Below, piece after piece: positions 8,995 to 17,659 of a stretch of DNA of 64,000 nt. Positions within the stretch are counted from its first letter, which is position 1. Each line of letters starts with the position of its first letter. The notes under the pieces are model-generated. The model did no database searches. It worked only from the letters and a program-made list of their open reading frames with translations, and was not told where the DNA came from. This stretch comes from an uncultured bacterium (GTDB lineage: Bacteria > Babelota > Babeliae > Babelales > Vermiphilaceae): positions 928,001-992,000 of the forward strand of contig OY968764.1 in NCBI GenBank assembly GCA_963695335.1. The letters are read 5' to 3'. A program made the position numbers and the translations under genes.

Positions 8995-11097
8995 TTATCT
9001 TGTTATTTTATCAATTGCAGCATTAAATTGGTCTATATTCTTATAAATATTAATTTTGTGTTCTTTTCCTTGTTGAGCTAAAAGAGCATTGATAAATTGT
9101 TTTTTTAAATCTTGTTCAAGTGCTAATTTATTTTCTAACACAACAGGATGCACAGGGTTTAATAATAATTCTGCTTTTTTAATTGCGTCATTGGTGTGAA
9201 TACTATTATCTTCTTCAGTTACATCTTTGTGCTGAGCGATGTCTATCAAAAGCTGTTGCCAAGACGCTTTTTCACATTCATAAGCTTCAATGCGGCTTTT
9301 CGCAGCTTTTATACATTTTTCCTCTTCTTTGATTCTTTGCTTTTTAAGTTCTAGTGTTTGCTTGTGTTCTTCTCTTGCTTGTATTTTTTTTGTTTGAGCA
9401 TTTTCTTTTTGTTGTTTTGCCGCAATTATTTCAGTTTGTTTTCTTGTTAAACGTGATTCTATGCTGTTGATAAATTTATCGCCATCAGGGTATTGTTCGA
9501 TGGCGTTTTTCATGATTGTAATTGCATCTTTTATAGAAGGAATAATATTATGTCTAAAGATTAAAAATTCTAATGATTGTTGCACAGTATTTAACCATGC
9601 TGCAATTTCTTTTACATTATTTGTATCTAAATTTTTAAATGTTCGTAAATGAGTTATAAAGGTAGTCCAACTCTGTTCTATAGCAAGTCTTTCGTTGGGA
9701 GTTACCGTCATAGTTTTGAGAATAGTTTGTAAATTTTCAAACCGTTTTTCATCTAATGCTTTTATATCTTTTTCCTCTTGAGATTCTCCACCATACCACC
9801 ATGTAGTTGCAGCAGAGGCAGCACCTTTGACAGCACCAATTGCTCTGCTGATAAGACCTTGTTCTTCAGGTGCTTCTTTTGCTTTTGGTTTGTGCGCAGA
9901 CGCTAATTCGCGCTTCATTCGTTCTAACTCTGCATTCATTTTTGCCTGTTCTGCTTCACGCATAGCTCTTTCGAGCGCCAATTTTTCTTCTAATTTTTTA
10001 TTTAATTGCAGCATTTGGCTTTCTGATATATTTGCCTGTTTAATAGCTTCTTGCACGGTAGCAGCAGTTTTGAGTTCAGCTTCTTTTTGTTTTTTTGCTA
10101 TTTCTTGTTGTTCAGCCTGCTTTTTCATAGCAGCAGTATATTCTTGTTGTGTTGGTATTTGTTGATTATATGGAATTGTAATGCCTGTTTCTGCGCTAAA
10201 TGCTTCTATTGCTTGATTAATGTTGATAGGGAACAATGTGCGATTGGCATTATGTTGTATAAGAGCAGATTCAAAGCCACTGAATAAACTTTCTTGTGTA
10301 TAATTTTGAAATAACAGATCTTTTGCTAATTCATACGTTTTAATGACCATGGATTCATTTAAGGTATTATTGCTTCCTGTTGTTGCAATCTGTTGCAAAA
10401 GATCATTCCATTCTTCAAGAATAGTTTTTTGAGTGATTGGCGCAGCTGCTGGCTCCGACTTCGCCAAGGCTTCGTCGGACAGGGCTGGGGCTCCTTCAAC
10501 TTCGATTGGAGCTGGAACAGTTTCAGCCACCGGTTCTGGTTTTGCTTCTTCTTTTTCAGCTTCTTTTGGAGTTTCAGCATCTTTTAATGTTGTAACATAC
10601 GCATCAATGGTATCATCAAATTCTTTAATGAGAGCATACGTACTTGCACTGAATTCATCTTCTTCTATTTTAATTTTCTCAGTTATTGTATTAAAAAATG
10701 CTGATTTAAGAGCTTCAGCAATAGTTTTATCTTGATTAAGAGCTTCTTTGGCGAGGGTAATTGCTTCTTCTTTCCAAGAATCGGTAGGAATGTTACTATT
10801 TTTATTCCAATGTTGGCCTAGCTCTTTGAGAGATTCTAAATGAGCATTCCATGTTTTTATAGCTTCTTGTTCAGGTGTAGCTGAGGTAGCTTGCCCTTCG
10901 GAGCTCGTAGAGCGTAGTAGGGATTCAGTTGTGATTTGTTCTTCAATATTGTCTTGTACATTTTCTTGAGACATTTCTGGAGAGGTTTCTGGGGTAATTG
11001 CACCAATAATAATATCTTTGGTCTCGTTTTCTTGATTAGAAATAGTGCCGACCACTAGTAAGACAGTTGCGATAACAAGATTTTTTGTTTTTTTCAT
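8995..11097 (-). CDS. Secreted or membrane-anchored helical, coiled-coil hypothetical protein
   Basis: 700 aa; N-terminal hydrophobic segment; E/K/Q/A-rich coiled coils. Confidence 0.7.
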   Translation of the reverse strand: MKKTKNLVIATVLLVVGTISNQENETKDIIIGAITPETSPEMSQENVQDNIEEQITTESLLRSTSSEGQATSATPEQEAIKTWNAHLESLKELGQHWNKNSNIPTDSWKEEAITLAKEALNQDKTIAEALKSAFFNTITEKIKIEEDEFSASTYALIKEFDDTIDAYVTTLKDAETPKEAEKEEAKPEPVAETVPAPIEVEGAPALSDEALAKSEPAAAPITQKTILEEWNDLLQQIATTGSNNTLNESMVIKTYELAKDLLFQNYTQESLFSGFESALIQHNANRTLFPININQAIEAFSAETGITIPYNQQIPTQQEYTAAMKKQAEQQEIAKKQKEAELKTAATVQEAIKQANISESQMLQLNKKLEEKLALERAMREAEQAKMNAELERMKRELASAHKPKAKEAPEEQGLISRAIGAVKGAASAATTWWYGGESQEEKDIKALDEKRFENLQTILKTMTVTPNERLAIEQSWTTFITHLRTFKNLDTNNVKEIAAWLNTVQQSLEFLIFRHNIIPSIKDAITIMKNAIEQYPDGDKFINSIESRLTRKQTEIIAAKQQKENAQTKKIQAREEHKQTLELKKQRIKEEEKCIKAAKSRIEAYECEKASWQQLLIDIAQHKDVTEEDNSIHTNDAIKKAELLLNPVHPVVLENKLALEQDLKKQFINALLAQQGKEHKINIYKNIDQFNAAIDKITR
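10454..10486. repeat. GC-rich palindromic REP-like element in frame within a CDS (encodes ALSDEALAKSE)
   Basis: tccgac-ttc-gcc-aa-ggc-ttc-gtcgga stem-bulge-stem; much more GC-rich than the flanks. Confidence 0.55.
10889..10922. repeat. Second REP-like palindromic element in frame within the same CDS (encodes LLRSTSSEGQA)
   Basis: ccct-tcgga-gctc-gta-gagc-gtagt-aggg hairpin with similar architecture. Confidence 0.45.
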
Positions 11098-11197
11098 CGT
11101 ATCCCCCTTACTATGGTTCTTTAATACAGATACACATAATCATATTCACTATTGCAGAGTTTATTGTAAAAAAGCAACAAACCTTAAAAATTGTAAA

Positions 11198-11215
11198 TTT
11201 TGACAAATGTCAAAA
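11198..11215. promoter_or_regulatory. Operator-like palindrome containing back-to-back TTGACA hexamers in a divergent intergenic region
   Basis: TTTTGACA-AA-TGTCAAAA. Confidence 0.45.
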
Positions 11216-11277
11216 AGTGTGCAATCATTTTTAATGAATGGGATACAAAAAGAAGCCCATCGTCGCAAGGAGTCATA

Positions 11278-11385
11278 ATGTCTTATATATCACTTTATAC
11301 TAATTCAGTTCTATCGAGATCTTCTCTTTTCATATCGTTGTTTTCATATATGTCTGCCATGTGCAATTCTCTTATGATGGCCTAA
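11278..11385 (+). CDS. Putative 35-aa Ser/Met-rich leader peptide or small protein
   Basis: AAGGAG RBS 5 nt before ATG; MSYISLYTNSVLSRSSLFISLFSYMSAMCNSLMMA*. Confidence 0.4.
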   Translation: MSYISLYTNSVLSRSSLFISLFSYMSAMCNSLMMA

Positions 11386-11507
11386 AGGCCAAAATATTCT
11401 ATTTTTTACCCAATTTCTATTTTTTATACATTCATAGTTATTGATACATATCGTTTATATAGCATGTAAAGCGCTTTTATTTTTAATATGGCGTAGAGGA
11501 ATTATAT

Positions 11508-12263
11508 ATGAAACATTTTTTTGCATTACTTACTGATTTTGGTTTTGATTTTGCGGTCGCATCTATTAAAGGGGTTTTATTGAAAGCATTTCCTGATGCT
11601 CAGATTATTGATGTTGATCATACGATTGAAAAATTTAATTTGATCAATGCAGCATTTGTGATTGAAAAAATATATCGTTTTTTACCAAATAATACAGTTT
11701 TTTTGTGCGTTGTTGATCCAGGAGTCGGTAGCAACCGTGATATTTTGTGTGTGGAGTTAGGATCCTATCGTTTTATTGGACCAAATAACGGTATTTTTCA
11801 TTATCTCTTAAAGAAAGAAGGTGTGAAAATTTATAAAATCGAACAACAATGCTTTAATTCAGAATCAGTTACTTTTCATGGACGAGATATTTTTGCACCA
11901 GCAGCTGTTAGTCTTACTGCTGGTGATTTTTCTATATTGAATCCAATTGCTGATGACAAAATTGTACGATTGCATAATTTAGGTGATCAAATTAATAATG
12001 GAGTTATTACCTATATTGATAGCTTTGGTAATATAAAAACAAATATTACCGTGGCAGAAGATCTATATTCTGATGACTATGTTAATCTTGTGATTAATAA
12101 TCAAATACATAAAGTTATATTTACTCGCACATTTACTGATGTTGAATCGGGGGAATTGCTTTGCTATAAAGGAAGTAACGCTACTTTAGAGATAGCAGTT
12201 AATTTAGGTTCTGCTCAAGAAAAACTTGGTGTTAATGTTGGTACAGTAATTTCTCTTAATTAA
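11508..12263 (+). CDS. SAM hydroxide adenosyltransferase / SAM-dependent halogenase family (DUF62)
   Basis: LLTDFG, VVDPGVGSNR, FIGPNNG, TFHGRDIFAPAA, IDSFGN, LEIAVN motifs. Confidence 0.9.
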   Translation: MKHFFALLTDFGFDFAVASIKGVLLKAFPDAQIIDVDHTIEKFNLINAAFVIEKIYRFLPNNTVFLCVVDPGVGSNRDILCVELGSYRFIGPNNGIFHYLLKKEGVKIYKIEQQCFNSESVTFHGRDIFAPAAVSLTAGDFSILNPIADDKIVRLHNLGDQINNGVITYIDSFGNIKTNITVAEDLYSDDYVNLVINNQIHKVIFTRTFTDVESGELLCYKGSNATLEIAVNLGSAQEKLGVNVGTVISLN

Positions 12264-12278
12264 ATAGGATATAAAATC

Positions 12279-13175
12279 ATGATTTTAGTTATTTTTATGT
12301 ACGCACTTTTTGCAAGTACTTTCACTCTTGGCAAGGCAGCACTATCATATGTGTCGCCATTTTTATTTATTGGTATGCGCATGATATTAGGTGGAAGTTT
12401 ATTGCTTGCGTATTATCGATGGGTTAAAAAACAAAAAATTGTAATAGATAAATCAGATTATAGACTGTTTTTGTGTATTGTATTGTTTCATATATTCCTT
12501 GCATACACGCTTGAATTTTGGGCGTTAGAATGTGTTACTTCAGCAAAGGCATGCTTACTTTATAATTTATCACCTTTTATTACGGCAATTTTTTCTTATC
12601 TTTTATTTTCAGAACGGTTATCATCTCGGCAAATATGTGGCTTAATTATTGGTTTTTTAGGATTTATTCCTATTTTGGTTGCTCAAACACCATTAGAAAA
12701 AATCGGTTTGCACGTCAGTTTTTTATCAATTTATGAGATAGCTCTGATTGCATCAGTCACTTCCAGTGCATACGGTTGGATGATGGTTAAACATTTAATG
12801 AGTAGAAAATATTCATTGTTGCTCATTAATGGCATCAGTATGACAGGTGGCGGAATTTTGGCACTACTTTTATCGCTCAGTACAGAAGGTTTTACAGGTC
12901 TTAAAGTAACTTCAGGTGAAGAACTGATGATGCTTGGTGGATATTGTTTTGCCTTGGTTATCATTGCAAATATTATTGGATACAATTTGTACGGTTACTT
13001 GCTCACCCGTTATTCAGCAACGTTTTTATCATTTGCTGGTTTTATAACACCACTTTTTGCGGCATTGCTTGGGTGGATGTTTTTGGGTGAACAAGTAACT
13101 TGGCATTTCTTTGCAACTATATCCATGGTAGTTCTTGGTCTGTATCTATTTCATGAGAAACGGTTGGCTCTTTAA
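12279..13175 (+). CDS. EamA/DMT family transporter (possible SAM transporter)
   Basis: 298 aa, ~10 hydrophobic segments in two EamA-like halves (LLFSERLS; LGWMFLGEQVT). Confidence 0.85.
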   Translation: MILVIFMYALFASTFTLGKAALSYVSPFLFIGMRMILGGSLLLAYYRWVKKQKIVIDKSDYRLFLCIVLFHIFLAYTLEFWALECVTSAKACLLYNLSPFITAIFSYLLFSERLSSRQICGLIIGFLGFIPILVAQTPLEKIGLHVSFLSIYEIALIASVTSSAYGWMMVKHLMSRKYSLLLINGISMTGGGILALLLSLSTEGFTGLKVTSGEELMMLGGYCFALVIIANIIGYNLYGYLLTRYSATFLSFAGFITPLFAALLGWMFLGEQVTWHFFATISMVVLGLYLFHEKRLAL

Positions 13176-14274
13176 ATCTTTCATTATTAACCCATTGAGG
13201 TACCAATTTTTTTGCGTACGCCAAGTATGTCATAAGACCATTTCTTGCTATTTTTTGACCGTTAATAATACCAGTTGGTGGGAATGCTATCCCAATTCCA
13301 TATAAATCTTGCCCAATGATACCGTTATTTTCATCAAATAATAACTCAGATGATCCATTGACTAAAATTGGATTTGGTACATAACCAATTGCATAAATAG
13401 CTTTTGTGCAACGTGGTAATATAGCTTTTCTATTTTCAGGAGTGCTGAGTACGCGGCTTAAGTTGCTTGGCGGATTAACTTCAAGTACATTTTGTGCCCA
13501 TGCGGCTGTTGCGCCTTCTAATCCTGGAGCTCCGTAAAAATAAGGATCTATATAAAAATTAATAATTTCTTTAGTAGTACAATGTTCAGCTAAATATTTT
13601 AAGATAAGAATTGCCGAGTGCATTCCTCCAAAAACAGCAACACAATCATCGCAATTTACATATGTTGCCAATTTTTCTTTATTAAGCGCATCATCAAGTG
13701 GAATCTCTGGAATATCATAGTTAAGACTTTTTGGATAAGCACCAATTGCTAAAATCACTTTTTGTGCATTAATATCCCCATCAGTGCCATGTAACACCCA
13801 ATAATCACCGTTGTGATCGAGTGCAGGAATTGTATCTTGGAAAGAGTGAACTTGAGCGCGTAAATAAGCACAAAAATCTATTAAAGGATCAACAATAACG
13901 TGTAGGTGTTGGAATTCATCCATATTATATGTATAAAGTGCTTTTAGTGAAGGGGAATCGATATCTTTTAGAAATGGGCAGCCATGAACATACATTAATA
14001 AACGGCTTGTTTGTACGTTACCTGGTACATCGCGATAATATTTTCCCATTCTTCCAATATTAAATTCAGGGTCAATCCAGGCGATTGTTTCAGGAGCGAT
14101 GCCACATTCTAATAAATGTGCCAAAGCAGTGATACCTGCAACTCCTGCACCAATCACTGCCCATGAATAACAGTTAGGTTGTATATTACGTTGTATGTTA
14201 GAAAGGATACTGTTTTGCTGAGCAAGCAAAAGAATCAGTAATAAAAGTTTTGACTTCATAAATGTCTTTACCAT
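13117..14274 (-). CDS. FAD/NAD(P)-binding oxidoreductase with N-terminal signal peptide (start possibly 14259)
   Basis: WAVIGAGVAG Rossmann motif, VILAIGAYP, AVFGGMHSA, AIYAIGY; 3' end overlaps the EamA gene by 59 bp. Confidence 0.75.
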   Translation of the reverse strand: MVKTFMKSKLLLLILLLAQQNSILSNIQRNIQPNCYSWAVIGAGVAGITALAHLLECGIAPETIAWIDPEFNIGRMGKYYRDVPGNVQTSRLLMYVHGCPFLKDIDSPSLKALYTYNMDEFQHLHVIVDPLIDFCAYLRAQVHSFQDTIPALDHNGDYWVLHGTDGDINAQKVILAIGAYPKSLNYDIPEIPLDDALNKEKLATYVNCDDCVAVFGGMHSAILILKYLAEHCTTKEIINFYIDPYFYGAPGLEGATAAWAQNVLEVNPPSNLSRVLSTPENRKAILPRCTKAIYAIGYVPNPILVNGSSELLFDENNGIIGQDLYGIGIAFPPTGIINGQKIARNGLMTYLAYAKKLVPQWVNNERFKEPTVSHEIDTDQELPWI

Positions 14275-14417
14275 ATTTTGCGATTTTTAATATTTTTTTT
14301 CTTTTTACTTTATAAAAGTTTGTTTTTCTAAAGCAATAGTTTTGTAATTCAATACTATTTTTATTGGACTGTAATGGTATACTTGGGCTGCGCATTTTAC
14401 ATAACTGAAACAGAAAG

Positions 14418-15617
14418 ATGATTATGAGAAGAAAAAAGCAATTATATTTTACAATGTTACACATGTTGTTGTGGTTTGGACTTTTGCAACCGGATGGGTT
14501 TGCTGAACACACATTAGTTAAGTATGAGTATGGATTTAAACCAATTCAGCAATTTATTGTAGGCAACAATGTTGTTGTGGTTGCCGAAGGTGGGCAACTG
14601 CAGCAAAATTCTATATCTCACACGATGAGTTATGTTGCTGACTGTTTTATAAAAATTCAGATTAAAGATATCTGTGTTTGCGCAGCACCAGATCAAAAGT
14701 TTTATTCATGCACCAGAAACGATTGGGTGAATGCGCAAGCATTGCATGTTTCAGAACAGTTGTTGTGCGGAAGTGGTAACATTGTTTCTGTTGATGCAGT
14801 GGAAATGGTGCATAAGCAACAAAAAATGCATGCTTTTACCGTTGAGACAAGTCATATCTTTTGTGTAACACCGTATGAAATTATTGCACATAATGTTGAT
14901 CCTGTTTTTACGATGGGAACTGCTACTGCTACTTTAGCTGTTGCATGCCCACCAGCAGGAATTGCTGCAGCTGTTGTGCAAGGAGTGGCATGGACTGTTC
15001 TTGGTTGTGTAATGTTTTGCAAACATAGAAAAGCTCATAGATATGAATTACAACATAAGGGTTGTTTTTCTCCTGAAAGTAGAAATGGTACAACAGCACC
15101 AATAGCAACTGGCTGTTATGAACCTGTGCAAAATGTTCCGATTGTTTGTGATATAAAAGCTGGTAAAGCAGATCTTCCTACTCAGTTTGTTCACGAAATT
15201 CCTGAAACTAATGTTGATAAAGGTTGTCAATTTCCTATCCATGTTGAACAACCTGTAACGCATCACGCTGCAACAACTCAAACTGAGAATGGTGAAAATA
15301 AGCGTTATGAGGGCCCTTGGTATAATCGAACAGAAGATTGGATTAAAGAGCATCCATTTGGGCAAAAAATAAAAGATTATTTGGAGCGTACGGAGCATAT
15401 TAATCAAGGAAAACGTGTTTTTAGAGTAACTAGGAAAATAGAAGGTTGCGATGGATTTAATAAAGGAGATTTTGTAGTTATTGATGGGCTACATAATGAT
15501 CACCTTGAAGTGTTTAATAAGCGAGGTAAGTGGATACGTGTTGCAAATTTTGATGGTACTATAAATCATGAAAAGACTACCCAAGGCGAAAAAGATCAGC
15601 GAGTTCCATTGGGTTAA
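14418..15617 (+). CDS. Polymorphic toxin: signal peptide, Hint domain, hydrophobic segment, C-terminal putative nuclease toxin
   Basis: GFAEHTLVKYEYGFKPIQQFIVGNNV (Hint N-block); AFTVETSHIFCVTPYEIIAHN (Hint C-block); C-terminal GDFVVIDGLHNDHLEVFNKRGKWIRVANFDG; followed by two paralogous small genes. Confidence 0.7.
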   Translation: MIMRRKKQLYFTMLHMLLWFGLLQPDGFAEHTLVKYEYGFKPIQQFIVGNNVVVVAEGGQLQQNSISHTMSYVADCFIKIQIKDICVCAAPDQKFYSCTRNDWVNAQALHVSEQLLCGSGNIVSVDAVEMVHKQQKMHAFTVETSHIFCVTPYEIIAHNVDPVFTMGTATATLAVACPPAGIAAAVVQGVAWTVLGCVMFCKHRKAHRYELQHKGCFSPESRNGTTAPIATGCYEPVQNVPIVCDIKAGKADLPTQFVHEIPETNVDKGCQFPIHVEQPVTHHAATTQTENGENKRYEGPWYNRTEDWIKEHPFGQKIKDYLERTEHINQGKRVFRVTRKIEGCDGFNKGDFVVIDGLHNDHLEVFNKRGKWIRVANFDGTINHEKTTQGEKDQRVPLG

Positions 15618-15630
15618 TGAAAGAAATAAT

Positions 15631-16005
15631 ATGCAAAAAAATATAATTGAAAAGTTACCTTTATATTGTTGCGGAGCATTGCAATATGAGGCAGAAGATA
15701 AATATTGCCCTGTTGAATATAGTTCAAAATGGCGAGAGTATACAATTCGAGACTTCAGTTCAACATCTAAATCTTTGATGATTTTTTGTCCTAATTGTGC
15801 TAGCAAATTACCAACATCATTACGAGATGAATGGTTTGATATATTAGAACAAGAATATGGACTAGAAGATCCATTGTATGATGATAAAAATAAAGTTGCC
15901 AAAGAATTCATGACTGACGAATGGTGGAAAAAACGTGAATTGATTGACAATAAAGAAAATACAGCTTCGATTTCTTTGCAAAAACCAATAAAATTTTTGT
16001 TTTAA
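15631..16005 (+). CDS. Putative immunity protein (DUF6980-like), copy 1
   Basis: YCC...REY...FCPNCASKLPTSLRDEWFDILEQEYGLEDP...EFMTDEWWKKR; directly after the toxin. Confidence 0.65.
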   Translation: MQKNIIEKLPLYCCGALQYEAEDKYCPVEYSSKWREYTIRDFSSTSKSLMIFCPNCASKLPTSLRDEWFDILEQEYGLEDPLYDDKNKVAKEFMTDEWWKKRELIDNKENTASISLQKPIKFLF

Positions 16006-16034
16006 TGAACATATTGTTTTGGGATAAATGAATT

Positions 16035-16382
16035 ATGGAAGATTTGCTTAAAAAAATACATGAAGAAGTTGCAGAAGAAAGACGTAATTATAAAGGACCT
16101 TATTGTTGTTTAACAATGGATGCGGAATTAGCTAGAGGCGATGCACTTTTATATTATAGCCAACGTTATCGTGAATATGGAGTAAAAATTCCAAATTCAA
16201 CAGGTGGTATGTTGATGAATTATTGTATGTGCTGTGGTAAAAAGTTACCAACTTCTGTGCGTAGCGCATGGTTTGATATTTTAGAAAAGGAATACGGGTT
16301 TGAAGATCCCTTAGATGATGATAAAAATAAAGTACCACAAGAATTTTGGACAGATGAATGGTGGAAAAAGCGTGGACTTTGA
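16035..16382 (+). CDS. Putative immunity protein (DUF6980-like), copy 2
   Basis: YCC...YREYG...YCMCCGKKLPTSVRSAWFDILEKEYGFEDP...EFWTDEWWKKRGL; clear paralogue of copy 1. Confidence 0.65.
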   Translation: MEDLLKKIHEEVAEERRNYKGPYCCLTMDAELARGDALLYYSQRYREYGVKIPNSTGGMLMNYCMCCGKKLPTSVRSAWFDILEKEYGFEDPLDDDKNKVPQEFWTDEWWKKRGL

Positions 16383-16438
16383 ATCTGCTCAAAGTACTGA
16401 TATAATCATTGATAATCATTTTTTTAAAGGAGACAATC

Positions 16439-16915
16439 GTGAAGAAATTAGTGATAACGTGCTCAGCAGTACTTGTAACAACATGTTTACTTGTGAGCTG
16501 CAGAAGCACGAACGATGCAGGAAATAACAATACAATAGCGCAAACAGGGAATGCAAAGATGACACGTACAAGAAACGCTTCTGGTTTAGAATACGAAATT
16601 TTACAAGAAGGCAATGGTGCTAGTCCAAGAGCGGGCAATGTGGTAACAGTGCAATATACAGGTTGGCTTGATAATCAAGGGCAACCGGGTAAAAAGTTTG
16701 ATAGCAGCTATGACCGCAACCAACCATTCAGTTTTAGAATAGGTATTGGGCAAGTGATTCAAGGTTGGGATGAAGGCGTGATGACTATGAAAATTGGTGA
16801 AAAACGCCGCTTATTTATTCCATCAAACTTGGGATACGGTGCACGTGGTGCTGGTGCAGTAATTCCTGCAAATGCAAATCTTATTTTTGATGTTGAATTA
16901 CTCCAGATTTCATAA
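16439..16915 (+). CDS. FKBP-type peptidyl-prolyl cis-trans isomerase lipoprotein (Mip-like)
   Basis: AAGGAG plus GTG start; lipobox LVSC; VQYTGWL, KFDSS, VIQGWDEG, LGYG, LIFDVEL. Confidence 0.92.
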   Translation: MKKLVITCSAVLVTTCLLVSCRSTNDAGNNNTIAQTGNAKMTRTRNASGLEYEILQEGNGASPRAGNVVTVQYTGWLDNQGQPGKKFDSSYDRNQPFSFRIGIGQVIQGWDEGVMTMKIGEKRRLFIPSNLGYGARGAGAVIPANANLIFDVELLQIS

Positions 16916-16931
16916 TAATTTTGGAGCTGTT

Positions 16932-17219
16932 ATGAAAAATATAGCTTTTGTATTATTCATAAGTTCTTTAAGCATCAATGCTATGTTGCCAGATCATAAA
17001 ATGGATATGCATAAAAAACGATGTAAAGATGATTTGAATAAAGGCATGATATACATGGCGATGAATTGTTCTCCATTTGCATTCAAGACAATTCGTCAAG
17101 ATAAGAAGCTCTTGCCAATAGTTAGCTTTCTTGCAGTAGTACAAGGATATTTTTTATATGATAAATTTATGAATCATAGATCGGCTCAACGTGGTGAAAT
17201 TAATTGGCGTAGAGCTTAA
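16932..17219 (+). CDS. Small secreted or membrane hypothetical protein
   Basis: GGAG RBS; signal peptide ending SINAM; C-terminal hydrophobic helix. Confidence 0.6.
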   Translation: MKNIAFVLFISSLSINAMLPDHKMDMHKKRCKDDLNKGMIYMAMNCSPFAFKTIRQDKKLLPIVSFLAVVQGYFLYDKFMNHRSAQRGEINWRRA

Positions 17220-17245
17220 GTTGTAGTTATTAAAAATATAAAAGT

Positions 17246-17278
17246 AGGTCTTATTGAAAAAATAAGGCCTCTTTTTTT
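17246..17278 (+). terminator. Intrinsic terminator
   Basis: aggtcttatt-gaaaa-aataaggcct then ctttttt. Confidence 0.6.
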
Positions 17279-17293
17279 AAAGAGGAGATTATT

Positions 17294-17644
17294 GTGAAAT
17301 ATGCTTATTTAATCGTTGCATTAACGTTTGGATTTTTGGAAACTAATGCAATGAAGCATGAGAGTAGGGTTAGACTATCTGAGAAAAAATTAGTTAAAGA
17401 TGATTTAGCAGAATTTCATCAAAGTGTATATCGAGACAATATTATTATGAGTGGTGGACTACTTGGTATTCATTTACCGCTTTTAGGGTCTAAAAAATTT
17501 CGCCGAGGCCCAGATGCTCGCATAGGTGTTCCATTTGTGAGTTGCCTTGCAATCGGGTATACATTGTTATTATATAAAAGTGTGAAAGATTATAATTTGG
17601 CTAAGCAAGGTTTAAGGTGGCATAGAGAAATAGTTGTAGAATAA
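17294..17644 (+). CDS. Small secreted or membrane hypothetical protein, similar in layout to the preceding gene
   Basis: GAGGAG RBS, GTG start; signal ending TNAM; shared KDDL...VS(C/F)LA...GY.L(L)YK/D pattern. Confidence 0.6.
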   Translation: MKYAYLIVALTFGFLETNAMKHESRVRLSEKKLVKDDLAEFHQSVYRDNIIMSGGLLGIHLPLLGSKKFRRGPDARIGVPFVSCLAIGYTLLLYKSVKDYNLAKQGLRWHREIVVE

Positions 17645-17659
17645 GTATAGAAGGTTAAT

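Noticed and set aside
11220..11507. SAM riboswitch upstream of the SAM hydrolase
   Set aside because: I could not find the conserved SAM-I, SAM-II or SAM-III core elements by eye; an Rfam scan would be needed
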